From a virus (Duplodnaviria; Caudoviricetes), in the IMG/VR virus record IMGVR_UViG_3300013426_000018, positions 32,001 to 96,000 of that record: a stretch of DNA of 64,000 nucleotides. One strand, 5' to 3'. The stretch's first letter is position 1. Every line of letters starts with the position of its first letter. The notes beneath the pieces were generated by a model. The model was not told the DNA's origin. It made no database searches and worked only from the letters and a program-made list of their open reading frames with translations. The translations under genes and the position numbers were made by a program. Positions 56,815 through 64,000 of the stretch are shown piece by piece.

Positions 56815-56940
56815 TCTTCAGCACCTTCCTTTCTTCTATTTTTTCATCTATTTTGAACTTCTAAGTAAGAAGTTGTCTAAAATTTGCCCTAATAAAAAAT
56901 TTATGATATAATAATTATGAAAAAGATAGGAGGAATAGAT

Positions 56941-57732
56941 ATGAAAGTATGTTTAAACTCTCATTGCTCTCCTAAGTATCTCGAAAAAGCTGATGAAATT
57001 AAAATTAGTTACAAAGATAGAAATAAAATTATCGATTATGTTGAAAAATATCCAAAAGCAGTAATTGTTTTATCTCTAAGAAGCACATCAGAAGATATCG
57101 AAATTACTTGGGAAGAAATTAAACGATATCAAACTCTTTGTAAAGGAAATTTTTTATTTGCAGTAGTTAATGCGAATCAAGTAAAAGAATGTTCCTTTCA
57201 ATTAATTAATTTTTATCTTGATAGGCCAATTAAAACTTTTGAAGAAGTTTATTGGCTAAAAGCTTTTAATAGTAAATATATCTTAGCAGATTCTCCTTTG
57301 TTTTATAGACTAGCAGACTTGAAAGATTTAGGAGGTATTTCATTACGTATTGCCCCAAATGTAGCATATTACGCAAATGACATTCCTCGTTCTAATGGTA
57401 TTTATGGTTCATGGGTCCGTCCAGAAGACATTGAATTATATAGCGATTATATTGATATCATTGAATTTGAAGATTGTGATGTGAGAAAAGAAGAGGCTCT
57501 ATATAGAGTATATACAGAAACAAAGAAATGGCCAATGGATTTGAATAAATTAATTACTAATTTGGATACACCAATTAATAATTTCTATATTCCTGATACT
57601 TTTGGCTTAATGAGACTTACTTGCGGGCAAACTTGTATGTCTGGCGGAGCATGCCATTGGTGCGATAGAGTTATTGCTTTAGCTAATCATAAAGATTTTC
57701 AAGAAAGGCTGAAAATGACTAATGATAATTAA
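56941..57732 (+). CDS. Hypothetical protein with C-terminal Cys cluster (possibly U32-peptidase-related)
   Basis: WVRPEDIELY..RLTCGQTC..CHWC; family assignment tentative. Confidence 0.55.
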   Translation: MKVCLNSHCSPKYLEKADEIKISYKDRNKIIDYVEKYPKAVIVLSLRSTSEDIEITWEEIKRYQTLCKGNFLFAVVNANQVKECSFQLINFYLDRPIKTFEEVYWLKAFNSKYILADSPLFYRLADLKDLGGISLRIAPNVAYYANDIPRSNGIYGSWVRPEDIELYSDYIDIIEFEDCDVRKEEALYRVYTETKKWPMDLNKLITNLDTPINNFYIPDTFGLMRLTCGQTCMSGGACHWCDRVIALANHKDFQERLKMTNDN

Positions 57733-58624
57733 TAACTTTAAGGTTCTTGAATATATTTGCGGTATAACAGAAAAAGAATTGTTTAAGTTCATAAAAAAAT
57801 ATCTTCAGAATTTTGATTTTAACGCATTCTCGGGAGGTCCAAATCACTACGTTGCTTGGGGAAGCAGTATTATGTTAGTGGCTCATCTTGATACAGTTTT
57901 CCCATCTGTTCCTGATCAGCTCTTCTATGATAAGGAAAAGGATACCATTCTTGCTTTAGGCAATGGGGCAGGTTTTGATGATCGAGCAGGGGTTTACGCA
58001 ATTATTAAAATTCTAGAAAGAGTAACAGCATTAAATTTGCCCCTGCCCACAGTTATGTTTACTCTTGGTGAAGAAGATTTCGGTGTTGGGGCACGAGAAG
58101 CTGCAGAAGAGTATTATAATTTAGATAAGAATATTAAATATATGATTGAGCTTGATAGACAAGGAAAAGATGATTGCGTTTTTTATCAGTGTAGTAATAA
58201 ACAGTTTGAAAAATATATTAATTCTTTTGGATTTAAAACTCAAGCTGGCTCTTACTCAGATATCTCTTTTCTAATGGATAGTTTAAATGTCTGTGGCGTT
58301 AATCTATCTATTGGGTATTATAATGAACATAGTGACTATGAATACTTGCGGCCTAGTTATCTTGAAGATACAATTAATAAAGTTATTGAAATGCTGATTG
58401 ATGAAAAAAATGTTGTAGCTTTTAATTATTTGTCTAAAGGAAATAAAGCAGGAGCTTGTGCCAAATGTAAAAAGAATAGTAGAGAATTAATTAACGTTCA
58501 AGATAAGAAGTATTGCATTAATTGTGTATTAAAATTTTGTGAATACTGTCCTAATTGCGGAAATTTAATTGATATAGATAGAGTCCGTATTTGCCCAATT
58601 TGTCGAGAGGAGATTGTTTTTTAA
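57722..58624 (+). CDS. M28/M20-family zinc peptidase with C-terminal double Zn ribbon
   Basis: AHLDTV, GFDDRAG, GEE, ELDR, SDI, GYYNEH. Confidence 0.88.
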   Translation: MIINNFKVLEYICGITEKELFKFIKKYLQNFDFNAFSGGPNHYVAWGSSIMLVAHLDTVFPSVPDQLFYDKEKDTILALGNGAGFDDRAGVYAIIKILERVTALNLPLPTVMFTLGEEDFGVGAREAAEEYYNLDKNIKYMIELDRQGKDDCVFYQCSNKQFEKYINSFGFKTQAGSYSDISFLMDSLNVCGVNLSIGYYNEHSDYEYLRPSYLEDTINKVIEMLIDEKNVVAFNYLSKGNKAGACAKCKKNSRELINVQDKKYCINCVLKFCEYCPNCGNLIDIDRVRICPICREEIVF

Positions 58625-58923
58625 TGGCTATTAGAGGAACAGAAGCTAAAAATTATGTCACAAAAAAGATTCAAGAAGCTTTTGGGCCATCTTTTTTAGG
58701 AATTGTAGATAAAAAGTTATACGTTAGTGTAAAAGAAAATGGCGAGAATCTACAAGTGGCTATTTCTTTAACTTGTCCAAAAGAGAACTTGGAGTTTGCG
58801 GTTAATGATGCTACACAAAATGGCGGAGCAGTTTCCTCGCAAAATGGCGGAGCTGGATCCGCGCACTTTACCGCAAAAGAAATTGAAACTATTGAAGAAC
58901 TTATGAAACGAGTGGGCCTTTGA
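58624..58923 (+). CDS. Hypothetical phage protein
   Basis: TAATG overlap with the upstream stop. Confidence 0.75.
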   Translation: MAIRGTEAKNYVTKKIQEAFGPSFLGIVDKKLYVSVKENGENLQVAISLTCPKENLEFAVNDATQNGGAVSSQNGGAGSAHFTAKEIETIEELMKRVGL

Positions 58924-59186
58924 GTTAAAACTTAAAAAATGAAAATTCTTATATTATACAGAAATTGATAATATAAAAAATTTTTGGTATAATATCTTTG
59001 TAAGATAATATGAAATTACGGATTTAATATCCTCTTTTATATAAAAAAGTGTAATGGAGGAGCTTGTTATAGGCAAGTTTTACACTTTTTCTTTTCTTAC
59101 TTTTGAAATAAATAGACTATTTCCTATGACGAGTCTTTTGTTCTCGTTAGATTTTTTTCTACGTCATAGTTTACATATTTTTATAT

Positions 59187-59278
59187 GACAGTTTGAGTGA
59201 GTCAGGTTTAAACTAGTTGATTGCTAATCAACCGTGCCAGAAATAGCACCGCTGGTTCAAATCCAGCAACTGTCGCCA
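59187..59278 (+). tRNA. tRNA-Ser(GCT)
   Basis: Acceptor GACAGTT/AACTGTC, anticodon arm GTTGA-TTGCTAA-TCAAC, long variable arm, GGTTCAAATCC, encoded CCA. Confidence 0.92.
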
Positions 59279-59458
59279 TATAGAAATTCTTACATGATTT
59301 AATTCTGTTTTAGCGGGCTATATGCCTGCTATTTTTGTAATGTAAAAATAACACTATATAAAAAAAATAAAAAATATAAGGGGAGCGTTGCTCTTTTTTG
59401 TTTTTATAAAAATTTTATGGTATAATATTTATATAAAAAAGTAAGGAGAATTACTTAA

Positions 59459-60268
59459 ATGGCTTCAAATATTAAGAAAAATAATCAATATTATGGAAAA
59501 TATAGAGAGTGCTGTGTTGTAGCTTGTTTAAATGATTCTCCTGTTGAATATTTTGAAAAATATATTTTCTCACAAGAAGAAAAAGATGATCTTTATCAAG
59601 ATGGTAAAATTATTGCTGACTATTTAGGGGATCATAAGGCTACTTATAGTGGCAATCACACTGCTACTGCGGCAGGAGATATCATTCTAGATAATGGTGA
59701 AACTATTGAATTAAAGTGCATTAGTGCGGGAACAGGGACATATTTTAATACAAGCATTTATTATTTTCAAAAATTTGGATTTAATTTTAAAGATTATATG
59801 GAAAAGTATGGTTTTTACCAGCTTTTGGAAAATAACTTTGGAAAGATCTTTAAAATTAATAGAAAAAATAATTCTCCTATATCACAGCCCAATTCTTCTG
59901 CTATTCGACATAATTACATTGATATTTATAATGAAATTATTGTTCCCGCAGATAAACGAATAAGAGAGTATTTCGTTAAAGACTTAGTAAAATACTTTAT
60001 GGCTCATACTGATAAAATGTATGAATTTATTAATGATATGTTAAATAAAAAAACTGATACTTGTGATAAAGGATCACCAGATAGATTAATTATTTATAAT
60101 TATTCTAAAAAGAAAATTAAAGAAATTAATCTAAGAGATTTTTTTAAAGATGGAGAGATTATTATAACAGATAAAGGATTCAAAATTGGTAATGTCCGTT
60201 TTGCTATTGGTTGGCAAAATGGTAATGGACTTAATAATCCTACTATTCGAGTATTTTTGGAGGACTAA
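59459..60268 (+). CDS. Putative restriction-type PD-(D/E)XK endonuclease (TAG-free)
   Basis: AGDIILDNGETIELK motif; immediately adjacent to an adenine MTase gene. Confidence 0.6.
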   Translation: MASNIKKNNQYYGKYRECCVVACLNDSPVEYFEKYIFSQEEKDDLYQDGKIIADYLGDHKATYSGNHTATAAGDIILDNGETIELKCISAGTGTYFNTSIYYFQKFGFNFKDYMEKYGFYQLLENNFGKIFKINRKNNSPISQPNSSAIRHNYIDIYNEIIVPADKRIREYFVKDLVKYFMAHTDKMYEFINDMLNKKTDTCDKGSPDRLIIYNYSKKKIKEINLRDFFKDGEIIITDKGFKIGNVRFAIGWQNGNGLNNPTIRVFLED

Positions 60269-61132
60269 ATGGGACTAGATAAATTTTATACTTAGAAAGA
60301 AGTAGCTAAACAGTGTATTAATTTCTTAAAAGAAAAAGTTAATCTTACAAAAAAAGCTTCCTTTTTAGAGCCAAGTGCTGGAAATGGTGCTTTTTTAGAT
60401 TATCTTGATAATTATTTGGCTATCGATATTAAACCAGAAGATGACAGAATAAAAGAACAAGATTTTTTTGATTTTTCTTCTGACAAAAAAGATTATATAA
60501 CAATAGGTAATCCTCCTTTTGGAAAACGTTCTAAGATGGCTATTGATTTCTTTAATAAAGCCAGTCAATTTTCTGAAATAATTGCTTTTATCGTCCCTGT
60601 TTCTTTTATGAAATGGAGTGTTCAAAAAGTCCTTGATAAAAATTTTGCTTTAATTGATTATTTTTATTTAAATCCATGTTCTTTTTTAGAGAATGGAAAA
60701 CCGTTTGAAGTAAGAACTGTTTTTCAAATTTGGGTAAAAAAAAGTGGTCAATTCTATAAAGGAAAAGATCTACAGTTAAAGAAATCTCCTCCAATTTCTC
60801 ACAAAGATTTTCTCATTTGGCAATATAATGCCACCCCAGAAGCCATAAAATATATAGATGAAGATTGGGAAATTGCCACTTATCGACAAGGATATCATGA
60901 TTATAACAATCTTTTTTATAGAAAAGATTATGATTATATAAAAGAGAAAATGACCGGGCAAAAAAAGCAACAATTCTTTTTTATAAAACCATTAACTGAT
61001 GCCGCAAGAGAGATCATTCTCAATATGGATTTTAATCTTCTTGCCGAAAGGAATACTTCTACTCCTGGCTTTGGTAAAGGCGATTTTGTTAGTTATTATG
61101 AAGAAATGTTTGAAAAAGCAAAAATTTTATGA
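60269..61132 (+). CDS. N6-adenine DNA methyltransferase with a single TAG at codon 9
   Basis: MGLDKFYT(Q)KEVA..FLEPSAGNGAF (motif I)..IGNPPFG (motif IV); GGAGG RBS. The track ORF lacks motif I. Confidence 0.88.
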
Positions 61133-61422
61133 TATAATATTTATGTAAAAAGATAAGGAGATATGAAAATGCCTAACGGATTTACTAAATATTATAATAC
61201 GGCTCCAAAGCTCAATAGTAAAGCACAGCAGTCTAAAAAGGCCAATGAGAGAACTTATGAAAAAGTTGTTTGTGCTGGATGTGGTAAGTCTAATGTAACG
61301 CTTTATAAGACTGTTTTTGGCACTTATGAGTGTAAGGATTGTAAAAATTCTTGCGAACTTAGACGGGCTGATACAGAAGTTTGAAAAATTAAAAAATTTA
61401 TGTTATAATATATACATAAGTT

Positions 61423-61497
61423 AAGTGGGTAGTTTAAGGCAAAACATCTTCCTAGGTAAAGATATGCTTGGTTAGCGACCGGCGCAAGCCCCACTTG
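61423..61497 (+). ncRNA. Degenerate tRNA-like element
   Basis: AAGTGGG/CCCACTT acceptor, D arm, ATCTT-CCTAGGTA-AAGAT with an 8-nt loop, expanded T arm, no CCA. Confidence 0.55.
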
Positions 61498-61503
61498 AGA
61501 TAT

Positions 61504-61579
61504 CCGGGTGTAACTCAGTTGCTAGAGTGCGCGGTTTGGGTCCGCGATGCCGTGAGTTGAAGTCTCACCACTCGGACCA
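61504..61579 (+). tRNA. tRNA-Pro(TGG)
   Basis: CGCGG-TTTGGGT-CCGCG; full cloverleaf; CCA. Confidence 0.92.
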
Positions 61580-61682
61580 GGTATTAAGGAGTTCTTTAGT
61601 GACTTTGTTATTAATTTGAAAAAATAAAAAATTTATGTTATAATATATTTACAAAAGCTAAGGGGCTGTGCTCCTTAAATAT

Positions 61683-61756
61683 AGCCGATTGGTGTAATAG
61701 TAGCACGAGAGCCTTTGAAGCTTAAGGAGAGGGAGCATAACCTTCATCGGCTGCCA
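61683..61756 (+). tRNA. tRNA-Gln(TTG)
   Basis: AGCCGAT/ATCGGCT; loop CTTTGAA; atypical T loop; CCA. Confidence 0.85.
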
Positions 61757-61773
61757 TAAACATTTAAAAGCAC

Positions 61774-61860
61774 GCGGATATGACGTAATAGGTAGCCGTA
61801 GCAGCCTTAGAAGCTGCCGAGAGATATCTCGTGGGAGTCCGAGTCTCCCTATCCGCACCA
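61774..61860 (+). tRNA. tRNA-Leu(TAG)
   Basis: GCAGC-CTTAGAA-GCTGC, long variable arm, CCA. Confidence 0.92.
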
Positions 61861-62064
61861 TAAAGATATCCAAAAGGAGAACTATTATGAATAATTTGGA
61901 AATTGAACTTTTGAAAAATCGTATTCATCTTCTTACTCAGCGTGATCCAGTAGGAAACGCAAAGATTATTAAGAAGTTGGAACGTAAGCTTCGGGCGTTT
62001 TGTGGTTGAAAATAAAAAAATTATGATATAATATATATAAATTGAAGGGCGAAGCCCTTCAAAA

Positions 62065-62140
62065 AAGGCACATACAGCAATAACTTTTTAAAGAAAAACA
62101 TTAATTTTGGGTATTAATAAGTTTAATTTAAGGTGCCTTG
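62065..62140 (+). ncRNA. Scaffold ncRNA copy 1 (ACAGCAA motif) carrying a Pro(UGG) anticodon-like hairpin
   Basis: AAGGCAC..ACAGCAA..ATTAAT-TTTGGGT-ATTAAT..GTGCCTT. Confidence 0.7.
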
Positions 62141-62145
62141 TATAT

Positions 62146-62220
62146 GCTGGTGTAGCTCAGAGACAGAGCAACACTCTTGTAAAGTGTAGGTCGAGATTTT
62201 GAAATTCTCCACCAGCTCCA
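62146..62220 (+). tRNA. tRNA-Thr(TGT)
   Basis: ACACT-CTTGTAA-AGTGT; CCA. Confidence 0.92.
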
Positions 62221-62322
62221 TGAACCGACATGTTTTAAAACTGCTGCCTACATGGTCTATGCGAGGCTTAATTGAGAAGAGGACCGAGAGAACCTGGGCA
62301 TTGTTTGAAAAAGGCCCTATAT

Positions 62323-62397
62323 GCAGGTGTGATGTAATTGGCAACATTTCACTCTTCCAAAGTGACTTTGAGGAATCGTACTCCTTCACCTGCTCCA
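62323..62397 (+). tRNA. tRNA-Gly(TCC)
   Basis: TCACT-CTTCCAA-AGTGA; CCA. Confidence 0.9.
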
Positions 62398-62400
62398 TAT

Positions 62401-62478
62401 GGCGCTATAGTTTACGTTTGGTTAGAACTTCGGGCCTTCAACCCGAGGAACCCAGTCCGACTCTGGGTAGCGTCACCA
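62401..62478 (+). tRNA. tRNA-Glu(TTC) with C33
   Basis: TCGGG-CCTTCAA-CCCGA; CCA. Confidence 0.85.
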
Positions 62479-62557
62479 AGGAAAAAATTTGAAAAAATAA
62501 AAAATTTATGTTATAATATATTTACAAAAGATAAGAAAAGGAAAAGGTGTTAAAAAT

Positions 62558-62914
62558 ATGGCTCGTTATAAGTTTTATGATTATAATGATAAAGATTCTG
62601 ACTCTCATGTAGTTGTATGCGTGAGTTCTTATGCAGGCAAACCTGTTAAGGGTCGTGCAAAGTGTTCTCCTATGGACGAATTTGATTTTAATAAAGGCAA
62701 GGAGTTGGCACAAGCTCGTTGTGACGCAGTAATTGCGGAAAAGCGTAAGAAGAGAGCTATGTCTAAGGTAATTGATGCTTATAATGCTTATACTGAAGCT
62801 TCTTTTTATCTAGAAGATATGGATCGGTATGCTAAGGATTCTGTAGTTGCTTGCCGAGAAGCGAAGGAGTATTTGGAGGAATTGGAAAAGAATATGTTAT
62901 CCGGGGAAATTTAA
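62558..62914 (+). CDS. Hypothetical phage protein
   Basis: Own promoter; motif GRAKCSPMDEFDFNKGKELAQAR. Confidence 0.8.
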   Translation: MARYKFYDYNDKDSDSHVVVCVSSYAGKPVKGRAKCSPMDEFDFNKGKELAQARCDAVIAEKRKKRAMSKVIDAYNAYTEASFYLEDMDRYAKDSVVACREAKEYLEELEKNMLSGEI

Positions 62915-62929
62915 TTTTTCCCTCTGAAT

Positions 62930-63020
62930 CGATGGGTGGCCGAGCGGCTTAAGGCGATAGTCCTGAAAACTATTGACCGTGATGAGCGGTCCGTCAGTTC
63001 AAATCTGACCCCATCGGCCA
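62930..63020 (+). tRNA. tRNA-Ser(TGA) with C33
   Basis: ATAGT-CCTGAAA-ACTAT, long variable arm, G73, CCA. Confidence 0.9.
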
Positions 63021-63025
63021 TCTAA

Positions 63026-63094
63026 AAGGCTCACACAGCAATCTTTAATGCTTGCAAAGCGATAGACTGGTAATCTATTTTTATTATGAGCCTT
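63026..63094 (+). ncRNA. Scaffold ncRNA copy 2 carrying a Thr(GGU) anticodon-like hairpin
   Basis: AAGGCTCA..ACAGCAA..ATAGA-CTGGTAA-TCTAT..TGAGCCTT. Confidence 0.7.
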
Positions 63095-63124
63095 AAGGGT
63101 GATATTCTCAGTATCACCCAGTAT

Positions 63125-63214
63125 GCTCCTGTAGCTCAATAGGTAGAGCCCTCCCCTTATAAGAGAGACGCCCTCACAAGGTATATGATGGATCATACCC
63201 ATCCAGGAGCACCA
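63125..63214 (+). tRNA. tRNA-Ile(TAT) with enlarged variable region
   Basis: GCTCCTG/CAGGAGC; loop CTTATAA; about 19-nt variable region; CCA. Confidence 0.75.
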
Positions 63215-63217
63215 TAA

Positions 63218-63278
63218 AAGACGCCTGCAGCAATACTTTGATGAAAAATTTGCAGAATAAGTTTTTTGAAGTGTCTTG
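63218..63278 (+). ncRNA. Scaffold ncRNA copy 3 (weak Cys(GCA)-like loop)
   Basis: AAGACGC..GCAGCAA..TTGCAGA..GTGTCTT. Confidence 0.6.
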
Positions 63279-63283
63279 CTTAT

Positions 63284-63361
63284 GAGTTTGTCGTATAACT
63301 AATATGTTCAGCTATATAGAGGTGCTGAAAGATATAAGTTTAAATCTTATTAAACTCACCA
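63284..63361 (+). ncRNA. Degenerate tRNA-like element with 11-nt anticodon loop
   Basis: GAGTTTG/TAAACTC plus ACCA; TTCAGC-N11-GCTGAA; ATAAG-TTTAAAT-CTTAT. Confidence 0.6.
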
Positions 63362-63396
63362 AAAGTAATACTACAAAGAAAGTGAGGTAAAAGACA

Positions 63397-63675
63397 ATGG
63401 TAATTAAGCAGTTTTAGAATGGCAAATATTCTTATAATTATAAGAAATATATTGCCGATACAAATGAAGATGTTGCAAAGATTCCTGTTGATATTAATGG
63501 CTCAATGATTGGCTGTGAAGCTTATGTAGTTACTACTGGAAAGACTTACGTTCTTGGTAGTGGAAAGATTTGGTATGCTTCAACGGGTGAGAAAATCGAA
63601 TGTGGGTGTAAGGATGTGGTTTCTGAATCGACTATTTGGGAGCCTGTTAGTTCACCTGATGAAAAGAATCCTTGA
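63397..63675 (+). CDS. Small protein with one TAG at codon 7 (missed by the track)
   Basis: GAGGT RBS; MVIKQF(Q)NGKYSYNYKKYIADTNEDVAKIP..GCEAYVVTTGKTYVL. Confidence 0.7.
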
Positions 63676-63736
63676 AAAAATAAAAAATTTTTGGTATAAT
63701 ATTTATACAAGTTAAGTGAACGAAGTTTACTTTAAA

Positions 63737-63859
63737 AAGGCACTTACAGCAATCTTTTAATATAAAAAAGTTATATGTTATGGGTTTGATTTCCATTAAT
63801 TCCAATTGGGATTATAGCTCAACTGGTAGAGCGATAATTATTTTAATTTATGTGCCTTG
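63737..63859 (+). ncRNA. Scaffold ncRNA copy 4 enclosing a circularly permuted tRNA body (T arm, closed acceptor, D arm)
   Basis: AAGGCAC..ACAGCAA..GTTAT ATGTT ATGGG-TTTGATT-TCCAT TAATTCC aatt GGGATTA TA GCTC-AACTGGTA-GAGC G ATAAT..GTGCCTT. Confidence 0.75.
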
Positions 63860-63887
63860 CGGGCATCGAAAGGTGCTCATTAGATAT

Positions 63888-64000
63888 TGGGGAGTAGCGC
63901 AATTGGCAGAGCGAAGGTCTCTTGGATACTTCTGGACATCAAGTCGGGAAACTACTTGATGAATGTCGGCTAACTCGGTGAAACTCTTTTTTAAGACAAC
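63888..64000 (+). tRNA. 5' half of a tRNA interrupted in the anticodon loop by a group I intron (truncated by the window); candidate Gln/amber-suppressor tRNA
   Basis: TGGGGAG TA GCGC-AATTGGCA-GAGC G AAGGT CT CT.. has no 3' anticodon strand. It is followed by a P2-like stem CATCAAGT/ACTTGATG and a P-like AACTCGGTGAAAC. Confidence 0.7.

Noticed and set aside
61774-61860. tRNA with 'TAG' anticodon as the amber suppressor
   Set aside because: Anticodon UAG reads CUA (Leu); a suppressor needs CUA. The long variable arm fits Leu.
62401-62478. Opal suppressor or Sec tRNA (TCA)
   Set aside because: The stem register TCGGG/CCCGA centres TTC, and TGA is used as a normal stop in many genes.
61658-63202. 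Track ORFs overlapping the tRNA cluster (61658, 62123, 62199, 62338, 62999)
   Set aside because: They overlap clear tRNA cloverleaves.
1-64000. Pyrrolysine decoding of TAG; integrated prophage
   Set aside because: Paralog codon swaps point to Gln and no pyl genes are seen; no integrase, att site or host housekeeping genes in the window.

Overview
This window is a 64-kb segment of a large, AT-rich lytic phage that most likely infects a Bacillota (Clostridia-like) host, judging from sigma-A TTGACA/TGnTATAAT promoters, GGAGG RBSs and AbrB- and XkdX-like genes. The phage reads TAG as glutamine (code 15), so the supplied code-11 ORF track fragments or misses many genes. Left to right: (i) a minus-strand DNA-packaging operon whose terminase large subunit and upstream partner gene are split by four complete group I introns and a probable fifth that runs off the window, two of them with endonuclease ORFs; (ii) an ~11-kb promoter-dense, almost TAG-free early or host-takeover region with a repeated hairpin family; (iii) a cluster of replication-initiator-like winged-helix genes, each paired with its own repeat set (three with 23-bp periodicity), plus a 10-bp AT-rich tandem array; (iv) an RpoD-like sigma factor with a single N-terminal TAG; (v) TAG-containing tail-fibre and receptor-binding genes; (vi) many small middle genes, including an RNA ligase, polynucleotide kinase, phosphoesterases, exonucleases, a nucleotidyltransferase and free-standing endonucleases; (vii) a restriction-modification-like pair whose methyltransferase is TAG-gated; (viii) a tRNA cluster interleaved with four copies of a scaffold ncRNA that display anticodon loops or a circularly permuted tRNA. 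The window ends in a group-I-intron-split tRNA that is a candidate amber suppressor. All calls come from manual reading and motif recognition; no database search was run.
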